DNA of 64,000 bases from Octopus vulgaris. Its lineage: Eukaryota. Below the pieces are notes generated by a model. That model was not told the origin of the DNA. It did not search any database and saw only the letters and a list, made by a program, of their open reading frames with translations. This document shows, one piece after another, positions 1 through 12,625 of this stretch (position 1 is the first letter of the stretch; the number at the start of each line of letters is the position of its first letter). Where the stretch lies: assembly GCA_951406725.2 (NCBI GenBank), contig OX597815.1, positions 201,562,001 to 201,626,000 on the forward strand. Reading direction: 5' to 3'. Made by a program: the position numbers and the translations under genes.

Positions 1-672
1 TACGCATAACTGTGAGGAGATGTTATTTCGTATTCATGATGAGTAATCATTATTTCTTTATTTTTAATAATTAGTTTTAATATTTATTTACGTTTAGATG
101 TTTCGAATATAAATAATTACCATTGAAAATATTCTACGATGATATGAGTTGTATAGGTGAGTCCCTTTTGGGAAGGGACAATGCCACTCTGCACTTCTTT
201 CAGTGAAAGATACAGAAAACTAATTCCTCTCAAGTCTTACATTATCGTAATTATAAAATCTCTATTATATATATGTTAGTCACTGATAAATCGTTTCAAA
301 ATAGGACAGATTGGCCAAGAGAGTGAACTTCTGAGTAACGATTAAGAACTAAGAAAAATACATCAATATATTTATTAGTAAGAGGATAATTATACGCATC
401 ATGTTATCAATACTATTTTAGCTGCATGCATTACCACACAAGTATGGGTCTAGTTGTTTGAAGTCGCTCAATAAATGCCTTTATGTTGTTTAATTTCATA
501 CTCTTCTAGGAGCTAAGAAATAAAGATTCAAATTCATTGGAGAAAAAGACTCCCTATGCTATCCTCATATCCAGTTGTAAATGGAGCAAGGAAATATCGA
601 TAAGAAATAACCCCTAATGAAAATTTACATACTATTTTTTAAATATTCATAATACAGCACGAATGATAAATA

Positions 673-1059
673 GTGGAAGCACTCCCTCGGTTACGACGAT
701 GAGGGTTCCCGTTGATCCGAATTAACGGAACAGCCTGCTCGTGAAATTAACGTGTAAATGGCTGAGCACTCCACAGACACGTGCACCTTTCACGTAGTTC
801 TCGGGGATATTCAGCGTGACACAGAGAGTGACATGGCCGGCCCCTTGAAATACAGGTACAACAGAAACAGGAAGTAAGAGTGAGAGGAAGTTGTGGTGAA
901 AGAGTACAGCAGGGATCACCACCATCCCCTGCCGGAGATACGTGGAGCTTTTAGGTGTTTTCGCTCAATAAACACTCACAACGCCCGGTCTGGGAATCGA
1001 AACCGCGATCCTATGACCACGAGTCCGCTGCCCTAACCACTGGGCCATTGCGCCTCCAC
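673..1059 (-). mobile_element. Full-length tRNA-derived SINE (family 1) with target-site duplication
   Basis: The minus strand starts GTGGAGGCGCAATGGCCCAGTGG (A box) and has GGTTTCGATTCCC (B box). GAATGATAAATA is duplicated at 661-672 and 1060-1071 (15 bp if the shared CAC is counted). Confidence 0.9.
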
Positions 1060-1475
1060 GAATGATAAATAAACAACTAACAGAAACAAAGAAACGAGTA
1101 AATGTTATATCGACACAAAGAACCACAACTTTTGAAACATTATTTTTGAGTTAGAAGTAACGAGCCAAGGCTGTGTCGACAAAAATACACTACAATAACA
1201 ATTTAAACCTAATTACTAATGATGTTTACATTGAATAATATATTTTAGATGGGGAACGATGTTTTTAATATATATCAACATTACAAATATCGATTTATGT
1301 AGCTCTTTGCCGGCAACGTGTGAATTTATCACACATTTTTAAACATCACATAGCTGTTCGTCAAAATACCAATTCAAAATAAACAGAATTTATTTCTTTT
1401 AAAATGCTTCTTCTATACAAAGCTTATATTTTCAATATATTTGCTGAGCGAATTTTAAATGTATAAAGAAAATAC

Positions 1476-1884
1476 AGGCGCAGGAGTGGCTGTGTGGTAA
1501 GTAGCTTGCTAACCAGCCACATGGTTCCGGGTCCAGTCCCACTGCGTGGCATCTTGGGCAAGTGTCTTCTGCTATAGCCCCGGGCCGACCAATGCCTTGT
1601 GAGTGGATTTGGTAGACGGAAACTGAAAGAAGCCTGTCGTATATATGTATATATGTGTATGTGTGTGTGTTTGTGCGTGTGTGTTTGTCCGCCTAGCATT
1701 GCTTAACAACCGATGCTGGTGTGTTTACGTCCCCGTCACTTAGTGGTTCGGCAAAAGAGACCGACAGAATAAGTACTGGGCTTACAAAGAATAAGTCCCG
1801 GGGTCGATTTGCTCGACTAAATGCGGTGCTCCAGCATAGCCGCAGTCAAATGACTGAAACAAGTAAAAGAGTAAAAGAGTAAAG
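1476..1884 (+). mobile_element. tRNA-derived SINE (family 2, CORE-like, internal TA/TG microsatellite, (AAAAGAGT)n tail)
   Basis: TGGCTGTGTGG A box, GGTCCAGTCCC B-box-like motif, CTTGGGCAAGT core, tandem tail. Near-identical copies at 25293, 29838, 32737 and 50586. Confidence 0.9.
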
Positions 1885-2528
1885 TGTATATGTACATACA
1901 AGAAGAGTGGCGGCTATAGGGAAATCTACCTAAAAAAAGCTACTAAAAACTTAGAGAAAATAAGGTTGTTTTATAGTTGGAGCTTAAACGAAGATCATGC
2001 ATGTTGAACATTAAACTTTCATTAAGGCAATTCTACAATTAGCTTCCGGAAGTTGGCCTGGATACCAGGGACCCTAGACTATATATAAAAAGAAAAGAAT
2101 GCACTATTTTCAAAACATTTAAAATGCGATCTGAATAAAGTTTTCGGATGTCTCGATAAGCGGCACATGGAATAAGTTTTCAAGTAATTTATTTAATTAT
2201 TAATAACATCATAAATACAAAATACATTGTAACATGCAAACAAGCTCAGGTACAAACACATACAGATTCGAAGAAGCACATCCTCAGTTGAATCAATAAT
2301 TATAGTCACTAAATCAATTATCGACCACATAAAAATTGAAGCCATACAAAAAAGTTCACATAATTATGTCATCACCAAACGTACTCTCATTCACTTATGA
2401 TTTCTTGCCTATTTCCCTGGAATTACGTAAGACGTGGATCGAATCCTCGTTCAATATAAGCTGCACGAAATCCATAACTAATATGACAAACACATTCACA
2501 TAATGCAGTAATTTACATAATTTTTTGT

Positions 2529-5035
2529 ACCAAGTTGAGTCAAAAGTGTTTTATTTTCTGTATTTCAAACTGTAATTCTAGCAAAGTTCACTCAGAAACT
2601 ATTTATTCATCAAACTATATCACATCATATAGTATTGTTTGTTGCCAACATTGGCCAGAAGATCAGTTCCACGCTTATATCATTTGTTTGGTTCAAAGGC
2701 AATAAAAGAAGAAATTTCCTTACGCTCACTTTTAACTTCATGCAATCTTTTGAACCTCCTGCTATGGAGAAAATAAGAAATGGCTCAGAAAAGTGGGAAT
2801 CTGATGATGCAAAATATGGTTTGTAGGGCTTGTAGGCAGAATGTGGCTGCTGTTCCAGCTCCTCATTTCTTTCAGCTTTGTTATAGGTAATGTGTGCTGA
2901 GGCGCTGCCATGCCTTAGAGGCGCACATCTTCAATTAATCCATGCCGAGTATCCGGTTGTTAAATCATCATGTACTAGCTACACTTGTCGAACATAAGCC
3001 ATGGTATTCTGTTGTAAAGTGAGTTCCTCCCAATGGTGTAATCTGTGAGTGCCGTTGTATTGTATTTGCTGGTTTACACAAGTAGCCACAATAGTTATTA
3101 ATCATCGGACACCGTTGTATGTCTTCGTACCGGAATAGTAATACACTAACCTCCCGTTTTACTATCGTTGATAGCTTCACAAAATACCGACGGGAACTAT
3201 CAACTCTCACCTCTTCGACTCTCGACAGGCTACCGGTCTATTTATAATGGCTCCATCCTACCACTTTTTACCAGGTAGCGATATAGTTTCGCTATACTCT
3301 ATCACCTTTTAATTATTTTAATTAACCAACGATTTCCTTTATTCAACCCACAACCTCTTTTTTATACACTCAATATCTTTTCTTCTTAGGGTCCACTTCA
3401 AGGGATTCAGTGTTTTTCCTTTTCCTTGTGCGTGTAGTATCGACTTCTTGTAACAGCGTTGGAACCTGAAAAGTGCCATTTATCCAATTCATCAGTATTT
3501 CTTACTCTTGTTACTTCCTGTACTATGACTCTTTCCTTAAACATTCCATTTCTGCTTCTTAAATCATTTATTATCTTCCTATGTATGATACAATTTCTCT
3601 TTCTTCTCAGTATTGCTTGCCATTTTTGTACATTCTTACATATAGCTTGTCTCCGATTCTAAAGACGTTTGGCACATCTTTACTAGCATCAAAGTTTTTC
3701 TTCGCTGCTGCTGAAATCCTTGTTGTTGTTCTCATTGTTCCTTGAGTTGTTGTCGTTACTTTTGCATCTCAACTACCCCAGCTAACAAGTCTTCCGTATT
3801 TTACGATTTTCTTAAATTTGCACGACAAAATTTTTGTTTCTTTATGTCTAATTATATAATTTTCCATGTAAATTAGTTGAAACTCTGTGTGAATGATTGT
3901 TGTTTTTTTTTTGCTCCGCAGAAATTGTTTTTTTCTCTTCACAAATGTTGTAATGTGAGTTCCTCCCATTGGAGTGATGTGTAACAGCCGCTGCACTGTA
4001 GTTGCTTTTCTACGCTAGTAACTACAATAGTTACTAGTCATCGAATACCGTTGTACTTCGTCATACCGAAATAATAATAAACTAACTTCTACTGTCTTAC
4101 TATCGCTGATAGCTCCAAACGACACCGATTAGAACATTCGACTCTCAAAACTTCGACTCTCGAGGCACTCTTGATTACCGTCTACTGGTTTACTTATAAT
4201 AGCTCACTCCTACCACTATTTAACCGGGAGGGATATACAATTTCACTATACAATACATTCACATGATGACCATCTAGGACAAGCTCAACGTTTAACATCC
4301 CTCGAAATTCCACCAAGCATACATGTCATTCTGCTCAAACTGTCCTTGCTTGACATCAGATTTTGAAGCCTGGTCGGAATGAAATCAATGATTTCTTCTT
4401 TTAGAATGACGAAAGTTGATCCATTGTGCATCCACATTTATTATTCGACTCAAATAATTAGTATCTCAAAGTTCTTTGCAAATGTTCACACGTCGCAGAA
4501 TCTGGTCATTGGCAAATTCATGAGAAGTTTCTCAACAGCATCCGCGCACAAGTCAGAGCTTATGGATGTATGAAGTGATGACATTTTATGGACTTAGTTC
4601 TGCTAACAAAATAAGAGTGATTGTGCTTGGCTGTCGTTCAGCCATTTCAAGTACAGCCGCATCTTCTACAGCGGAAGGTCTCTCTGTCTTTTGTTTGTAT
4701 TCGAGGCTGGTCTCATCCCTCTTGCCACACGTCCGTTGATAGTTCCTAAGCCTTTCACATTACTAATCCCTTTTGCTGCTGCCGTTACACTTAATTCTAT
4801 TTTCTATAGTTAGCGTAAAGTGGCTCTAATTTCAATTTGCTTTCATCACTGACTATCAAAGCTGAAAACTGCAGAATAAACAACTAATGTTTACATGTCA
4901 TATATGAAAAGAAATAATAAACAATTTAGCAAAGATTGGGCAACTAACACTATGGAATTAATACTATGACACTGATATCCAAGTTTCCAAATATATTCAG
5001 TGAAAACCTAAAAATAAATTTTGAGTTAACCTGGT
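2529..5035 (-). mobile_element. Decayed mariner DNA transposon interrupted by an LTR element
   Basis: Imperfect TIRs: ACCAAGTTGAGTCAAAA at 2529 and reverse complement ACCAGGTTAACTCAAAA ending at 5035. Minus-strand remnants include HEFANDQILRRVNICKEL, SRIINVDAQWI (cf. RIVTGDEKW), AWWNFEG and PYFASSDSHF (cf. YSPDLAPSDYHLF). Length without the insert is about 1.26 kb, typical of mariner. Confidence 0.75.
3010..4252 (-). mobile_element. Internally deleted Gypsy-type LTR retrotransposon (LTRs 3010-3298 and 3946-4252)
   Basis: Two diverged direct repeats of about 290-300 bp start TGTTGTAA and end TATAC(A). The internal minus strand reads NVFRIGDKLYVRMYKNGKQY*EE, like a Gypsy integrase C-terminus. 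Purine-rich AAAAGGTGATAGA abuts the 3' LTR. Confidence 0.75.
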
Positions 5036-7019
5036 GATAACAGATATAAAATAATCGAATATTTACCACACGTAGATGAAGAAAGGAAGGAATGCACGAG
5101 GGAAAATTTTGGAGTAGATGCGAAATTTTGAATATCTGTACAAGGAAGATTAAAATATTTTGAAGATGGCTCAGTGAATTAACAAACTTAAGAACTTGAA
5201 AAAATATGATGTATACAGTATAAGCGCAAGATTGATGTTTGATGAGTGATTGAATGTGAACGACCCATTAAAGATGCTAACTGAAAGCGCATAACTAAAT
5301 GGTAACAAAATGGAAGTTGATTAATGGGCAACATGCTGAAGGTCCGTGAATAAATATACTTAAGAACGTGCATTTAAGTAATTGTGTATAAACGGAATAT
5401 TACAAATGAAATGTATATTTGAGAAATGAGAAATGAGAAAACAGAGGTGAAAATCAGATCACTAAGTGCAAGGTTTACAGTGAAAAATATAAGAAAAAAC
5501 TAGGAAAAATAGAGATTTAGAAAAGAAAAGAAAATATACATTCAGACTCATGTAAGATTTTGTGTGTATGTATTTCGTTATGATTAATGTGATTTTCACT
5601 AATAGCATTAAAAATTATTAAAATTCGTAATAGCCTTATAAATATTACGATGATTTTTTTTCTTATCTTTGATATATAAATAATGAATTACTTCAGCATT
5701 TTTAGTAAATAAGAATAAAGCTTTTATACAACACAGAATATTAATTTATCATTTTAGCAAAGTTAGAATAATAGCTTCAGCTATCCTAGCACTAGATCTC
5801 TAGAATGCCAATGGTAAGCTACGAATCTGATTTTATTTTTTTGTATAAATTTTCAGTGATATTTTTAGAATGTAACATCTAAACCTTGAATTATAAGAAA
5901 ACATAAATCTTCAATAAATTCCTTAGAGAAATTAAGGAAAATATTTGCTAAAAGCGAAATAAATAGAAACAAATATAAAGTCAAAATATACAATAAAAAG
6001 AAATAAGCAAGTGAAAAATAAATAAAACTGAGCTGGTAATTTCGTATCATATTAATTGACTTTATTCTTCTATTGTGAATACGGTTATAATAAAACGACA
6101 AAGAATCGACATTAAAATATTTTGGTAAAGTAGAGTATTTATGGGTATTAATAATGCCTATTTACACATTGATATTGGATGACAGTTTAAGTAAAACTGA
6201 TTTGCAAACTGTTTAGTACGAATAATATAATGAAGCCTGTATTAATGGATGACAGCTATTTTTTCCTTAATGCCTTCTCTCAATAAAGTATGTTAATTAC
6301 ATGTAGATAAACTAAAGAGGCGAAACATCTATTATAGAGAAACCGTCATTGTTTGCAAACGTTCATTTTTTATTCGTAATTGCGTCTATTTCAAAAAGTC
6401 TTATAGCGTAGAAGCATTGCACTACATATAAGTTATATTATATGTACTATAATTATTATGATTATCAATCATATTATGAAATGTGGTAGATTGGCTGAAT
6501 ATTTAGACATTCGTAGGAAACTCCAGCTTGTGTTTGCGGGGTATGTATTGCTTCTCACTTAAAATGAAGCTGAGTTCTTTATTGACATTTCGGGGCGATA
6601 AAAATGAACACCAATCAAATATTGGGCAGTGTTTAAACAATCAATCTCTCGCCGCAAATACCTGATCTTGTGTCTTTCTTACAAATCACTTTTTTATAGT
6701 TTTCCATATCCAATGTGTTTCTCCAAATGTGAATACAGTGAATATTTTACAGTATACATTAAGGTGTTAAAGGGTAAAAGCAAATACAAAATGCAAAGAA
6801 AATCCGGTTCACAAACAAGTATACTGATAATTTATTCTTTGCCATAATGTGTTAATCATATTTGCAGATACAGTAATGTTATTTTATCGACTAAGCCGGT
6901 CCTTAGACTTAATCCCTCATTAAACTGAAGGAAATGGAAAGGTCGTGTACAGCAGCATTTTTAGCGTGCATGGCTAAATAATCAGCAACATTTTGCCATT
7001 CTTTGTATTTCAAGGTGAA

Positions 7020-7150
7020 ATTCGTCTGAGCAAAAACTAGCTTTTCATTCTTTCGGGTCGATAAAATAAGCACCAGTTGCGCACTAGTGTCGATATATTC
7101 AGCTTACTCTTCACCCTCATTTTCTAGTTATGTGCAAACTTTTGAAAGCA
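7020..7150 (+). mobile_element. Decayed SINE family 3 fragment
   Basis: CTTTTCATTCTTTCGGGTCGATAAAATAAGCACCAGTTGCGCACT matches the central domain of the copies at 41450-41648 and 56267-56455. Confidence 0.65.
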
Positions 7151-8693
7151 GTGGATGTATGTATATCATTTTACTGATTTCAGTTGCAAATGAAATAACA
7201 GGCATATTTTGTAAGTGCTATAGGGATTTTAATTCAACTGGGATTCTCTGAAAAGAAGATTTGGTAATAATTTGCAAATGAATGAGGTAAGATATATTAT
7301 GAGATATGACGTTCATTCTGTAGCGAGATTCAAAACAGAATTACCATACTTTCACAGTAGTACCAGACTTTGTTTTTGTTTTGCTCTTTAAAATAAAGGT
7401 CGAGGACTGTACATTTCAGCTCGTTTATAAATTATAGCCCGTATATAATTTTCATGAATTCTGAAAGACATTATAATACATGGGACTACACACGCAGAAA
7501 ACATTTCTTATCTATATTAAACGTGTTGCAGATATTCCTTTCACTATCAGTGATGGTGGGGGACAAAATATAGTTTATTTATTCGTTTACCTCTCGTTGG
7601 AAACTCTATTTGAGCATGTTCAGATTCTGTACTTATTACTTTCTAATGTGTTGTCTATTCTGTATTTGATGTAATTGTTTCTTAATGCATGCTCTTGGGC
7701 AGGATCGATTAGAGTCTCTATTTCGGAACTACTTTAACTTTTGGCCGAAAAGGCTTGTGACACTATTTTCAAAACATAAGTATATTCTGTGATTCACCAC
7801 GATTGTCAAATTTTCTTTTATCAGTATATTTGTTTTAATGATCATCGTTTAAGATTTCTGTGACTGTAAGCCCGTAACATTTTCTTGCGGAAATTGACGG
7901 TAAGGAGATTATCAATTTGTATCTGTATGAAGATTATAAAAACCGTATATAGCAGTGTTGATTCTGCGTTAGGATAACGTTAGTGGAAAGCATTAATGTC
8001 TTTCTTATATTATTTTCTGAAGATTACTCAATACTAGTCACAAAATCTACGTTGCAAGCCTAAAAGGAACAAATACATGAATCGAAAATAAATCGTAATT
8101 TCTACAAAGAAAAGTAGATTGAATAACATTTTAATTTCAGTTAAATATATAATTGATATACGAAATAGATGTAAATATAAATTTAGTAAATACTTAAAAT
8201 ATAACGCTCATATTTTATCGACATCATGGGGTGTAAATATGCACGTATCTTTTCGGTTGTCAATATGAACTCGAAACTAGACTCCCCGCATTGGAATAGG
8301 AAAAGAAGATTAGAGATATTTTCCAGTAGACCGGAATTTCATAGAACAGATTGTAATATGATGTACCGCAAAGCCTTCCACAATCAATTATACAAGCATT
8401 TGCAACGGGGAGAGTAACTTATGTTTCGTTTGCACAGATGCAAAATCAATCATGTGGGATAAATATATCAACGCAAATTACGGTGTAATATTTTAGATAA
8501 AAAAATATTCTCACTTACCTTACCTTTTGTATCTCATTCTCATGCTATTAATATAACTTTTCATCCCACTTATTTTCTTAATATAATTTGTCATGTACTA
8601 CATATCTTTTATTACCTCTGATTCACGTCTCCTTGTATTTTAATCTTCGAAACTTTGTAGCTAGTTAACAAAAGCATTAACATAATAATGATA

Positions 8694-8726
<33 letters not shown>

Positions 8727-8809
8727 TGTTGTTGTTTTTACTGTTGTTGGTGGTGTTGTTGCTGTTGTAATTGTGGTTGTTGTTAAAATTATTTTATTTT
8801 CTTTACACA

Positions 8810-8945
8810 GATTCTAACACAGATTCTAACGCAGAAGTACTACGGTGCCAGCTGTTCATTACTAAGGAACACAGGAAATATCCCTTATCTTTTTAGCACC
8901 ATATGGGGTATTCGAGCAGTTTCAAGCAATGCGCTGTTTTCTAGT
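8810..8945 (-). mobile_element. 3' end of an old RLE-type non-LTR element
   Basis: The minus strand reads KTALLETARIPHMVLKR*, homologous to the C-terminal KIALLGTAHILRRTL of neighbouring elements. A TTA/TTG tract follows at 8690-8790. Confidence 0.55.
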
Positions 8946-9013
8946 TCGCAGAAGTAGGGCTGGAAGCTATCAATAGACAGGTAATGGAAAATAATAATAA
9001 TAATAACAATAAC

Positions 9014-9042
<29 letters not shown>

Positions 9043-9044
<2 letters not shown>

Positions 9045-10160
9045 GCTCGTGGAAAATCACGAGAGACGAAAGAAGCTTCATTCTATCATAATGGAAGGCA
9101 AAAAATTTGCTATTGATCTCGTGCAGGATACCCAAACTGAACAACCCGAGGGAAGTACGGCAACTATTGTTGCAAAGAAGGTGTAAATGATGGCAACGAA
9201 AAAAGCGCACGAGCAATTGGCTGATAGGTGGGTGGAGAAACCTCTGCACGGCAAATATGTGACCCGCAGCAAACAAGCTGATGTTGACCAGAAGCAAACC
9301 CACCAGTGGCTACGGAGCTCAGGGCTAAAAGCAGAGAGGGAAGGTTTCATCCTGGCTGCTCAAGATCAAAGCCTATTAACCCGGAACTACCAGGCCAATG
9401 TGATGAAAAATGGAGCAGACCCAAAATGCCGATTCTGCAACGACATGATTGAAACAGTGGACCACCTAATCTCTGGATGTAAAGTCTTAGCACCAGCGGA
9501 GTATAAATTAAGACATGACAGAGTTGGCCAATATCTCCACTGGCTAATAAGTCGGCATTACAATATAAAAACTGCCGACAAGTGGTATAATCACCACCCT
9601 GAGGCTGTAACTGAAGGAGAAAATGTAACCATTCTGTGGGAATTTCCAGTACATACAGACCGAACCATCAAGGCCAATAAACCAGATATTGTTGTGAAAG
9701 ACCAAAACAATAAAGTTTGCTTATTGATAGACATGAGCATCCCCTGTGATCATAATATCTCAGCGAAAGAGTTTGACAGGCTCAGAAAATATAAAGACCT
9801 ACTCATTGAAATTGAGAAAATGTGGCATCTCAAGGCGGTTACAATACCAGTGATCGTAGGAGCACTAGGAATGATCAAGAAGGGAACCGGAAATTATATA
9901 AGAATGATCCCTGGCTTACCATCCCTGCAAGAAGTGCAAAAGATTGTCTTAACTGGTACATCACACGTATTGAGAAGAGCATTGTCGATGTGAGAACTGT
10001 TGCTGCTCATGTATTTTAATTTAACTTAAAAAAAAAAAATGAACGAACTGTTGAGTTTGATTTAATGGCCTGCCAATGTATACTATGAGTTTCTTTGCCC
10101 TAGGAGTCGGGAAGACACTCGGCAAGAAATGGAAGCAAATTTGAAAGAAGAAAATAAAAG
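9043..10160 (+). mobile_element. 5'-truncated R4/Dong-like RLE non-LTR retrotransposon, family A
   Basis: Flanked by (AAT)n at 8990-9042 and (TAA/TGA)n from 10161. The reading frame extends upstream of ORF 9187 through one stop (KLVENHERRKKLHSI...KKV*). The 3'UTR matches 16413-16590 in reverse. Confidence 0.93.
9187..9993 (+). CDS. Retrotransposon C-terminal CCHC knuckle plus restriction-like endonuclease (RLE) domain, partial
   Basis: KPLHG, AAQDQ, CRFC-x7-HLISGC, RHD, KPDIVV, LIDMSIP, KYKDL and IPVIVGALG motifs. Confidence 0.9.
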   Translation: MMATKKAHEQLADRWVEKPLHGKYVTRSKQADVDQKQTHQWLRSSGLKAEREGFILAAQDQSLLTRNYQANVMKNGADPKCRFCNDMIETVDHLISGCKVLAPAEYKLRHDRVGQYLHWLISRHYNIKTADKWYNHHPEAVTEGENVTILWEFPVHTDRTIKANKPDIVVKDQNNKVCLLIDMSIPCDHNISAKEFDRLRKYKDLLIEIEKMWHLKAVTIPVIVGALGMIKKGTGNYIRMIPGLPSLQEVQKIVLTGTSHVLRRALSM

Positions 10161-10177
10161 TAATGATAATAATAATA

Positions 10178-10236
<59 letters not shown>

Positions 10237-10266
10237 AATAATAATAAAAATAATAAAATAATAAAA

Positions 10267-10299
<33 letters not shown>

Positions 10300-10404
10300 A
10301 TTATTATTATTGTTAATCTTAGTACATATCTAAAAGACTGATGTTACTCCTCCTGAAAGCAAGGCAACAATAAGAATCGCGCTCTTATTGTTTCTTTGTT
10401 ACTG

Positions 10405-10474
<70 letters not shown>

Positions 10475-10476
10475 TT
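10161..10476. repeat. Tail-to-tail trinucleotide microsatellites: (TAA)/(TGA)n switching to (TTA)n
   Basis: Seen directly between the 3' ends of two oppositely oriented RLE elements. Confidence 0.9.
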
Positions 10477-12568
10477 CAGTAGTTTTATTTTTATAGCGTG
10501 CTTTCACTTCACTACCGAGCACAGCTCTGTGTGCCTTGGGTATGTGCTGTGATTTGTTATGATGCTCTGATGGTTATTGTATGGAAAGTGTTCTGCGTAG
10601 GATGTGTGCAGTACCTAGTAGTGCAATTTTCTGTATGTTATATGTGTTTGTAAGTCCTGCTGTTTTTGTTATGTATTTGTCTGAATATTGTTTTATCATG
10701 CCTAATGCACCTACTATGATAGGAATTGTTTCTGTTTTCAGATTCTACATTCTAGTTACCTCTATTTCCAGGTCTTTGTATTTTGAGAGTTTCTCCATTT
10801 CTTTTAGAGACACGTTGTCATCAGCCGGTATTGATACATCAATTAGAAAGCATTTTTTTTTCATGATCTCTGACAACTATATCTGGTCTGTTGGCCTTAA
10901 TTTCTCTATCTGTGTGTATCGGCATATCCCAGAGTATGGTTGCTTTCTCGTTTTCTGTGACCTTTTCTGGTGTGTGCCTATACCATCTTTTTTCTGTTGT
11001 TATTCCATAATGTTGGCATAGCTTCCAATGTATGTAGGTTCCAACTCTGTCACGTCTGTGAATATATTCCTTCTTAGCCAGGACTGGGCAGCTAGAGATA
11101 ATGTGATTTATTGTTTCTTGTCCATCTCCACATATTCTGCAGTTACTTGTAATATTTCTTTTCATTACATGTTTTTGGTAATTTCTGGTGGGGAGGCTTT
11201 GGTCTTGTGCTGCAATTAAAAATCCCTCTGTTTCTGCTTTGAGTCCTGAGCTTCTCAACCATTGCTGGGATTTTTCTTTGTCTATTTCTTTTGCGTTTAG
11301 TTTAGTGCAGTATTTATCATGAAGGGGTTTTTCTTGCCATCGTTTTATCATGGTTCGTTGCTGTTCTATTTTTAGTTTGGATTTCATTTGTTTTATAGAT
11401 TTTGTTGTTTCTTCTTCTTCTTCTTCTTCTTCTTCTTCTTCTTCTTCTTCTTCTTCTTCTTCTTCTTCTTCTTCGTCTTCTTCTTCTTCTTCTTCTTCTT
11501 CTTCTTCTTCATGTTTATTAGGTGGTATGATTTCTTGTTTGTATTTGTCAGCTTCCTTAAATACTGAGAACAGTTTTTTGTTTTGCTCGTGTTTTGCCGC
11601 TATCTGGATCAGTTTTCCTTCCTTCTGAAGTAGATATTTTTGCAGTCCTATGGTGGTTATTGTATAGTAGTTTTCCAGCTGTATAAGGCCTCTACCACCT
11701 TCTATACGTTGTATATATAGTCTTTCTATGTCAGATTTTGGGTGATGCATCCTAGATCCTGTCATTATTTTTCTTGTTTTCCTATCTATTTTGTTCAGTT
11801 CATTTCGTGTCCAGTTAAGGATATTGTAGCTGTAATTTATAACTGGGACAGCTAAAGTGTTGATACCTATTATCTTGTTTTTAGCATTGAGCTCTGTGTT
11901 TAGTATTGATCTAACTCGTCTATAATATTCTTTTTTTATATTCTCTTTCATTTGTGTGTGTTGTGTCTTATCTAGTTCATGGATTCCTAAGTATTTGTAA
12001 GTTTGGCTTTGGTCTAATTCTTTTATTTCATTGGTTTTATCTGGTGTGATGTTGTTACTCTTAACTAGTTTTCCTCTTTTCATGGTTACCTTGGCGCATT
12101 TTTCTAATCTAAAGTTCATATCTATTTCTTTGGTAAATCCATGAACTGTCTTTAATAGTGTTTACAGCTGTTTGTCATTTGCAGCGTATAGTTTTAGGTC
12201 ATCCATATATAAAAGGTGGCTGATCGTTTTGCCATAACATTTATATCCGCATCCAGTTCTATTTAGCATATCAGATAGAGGTGACAGTGCCAAGCAGAAA
12301 AGGAGTGGAGAGAGCGTGTCTCCTTGGAATATTCCTTTTCTAATGGGGATGTCTTTGGTTTTCATGAGTCCCTCTTTTGTTTGGAGGTGTAGGACTGTTT
12401 GCCATTTATTCATAGAGTGCTCTATGAATTTTATGATTGTTGGTGCTACTTTGTTAATGGCTAGTGTTTCGAGGATCCATGTGTGGGGGATGCTATCAAA
12501 CGCCTTTTTGTAGTCAATCCAGCCATACTGAGGCCTTTCTTCTTTCTGTGGCTGTCTTCAGTTACGGC
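10477..12568 (-). mobile_element. 5'-truncated R4/Dong-like element, family B (RT, thumb and RLE; disabled)
   Basis: WIDYKKAFDS, KGIFQGDTLSPLLF, HLLYMDDLKLY, MHHPKSD, CRIC-x7-HIISSC and RPDIVV motifs. Lesions are a 1-bp deletion near 12532, an in-frame TAA at 12162 and a frameshift near 10855. (TTA)n lies on both flanks. Confidence 0.95.
10839..12119 (-). pseudogene. 426-aa open segment of family B ORF (RT thumb to RLE) with in-frame poly-Glu
   Basis: ORF track. (GAA)n at about 11409-11509 encodes the poly-E run. Confidence 0.9.

Positions 12569-12625
<57 letters not shown>

Noticed and set aside
980-1059. tRNA-like sequences (also 1476-1550 and 46212-46290)
   Set aside because: They continue into SINE bodies with TSDs or tails, so they are SINE heads, not tRNA genes.
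10581-11628. Plus-strand ORFs repeated at 14143-14783 and mirrored at 51509-52312
   Set aside because: Antisense shadows of the family B retrotransposon ORF; they recur only because the element recurs.
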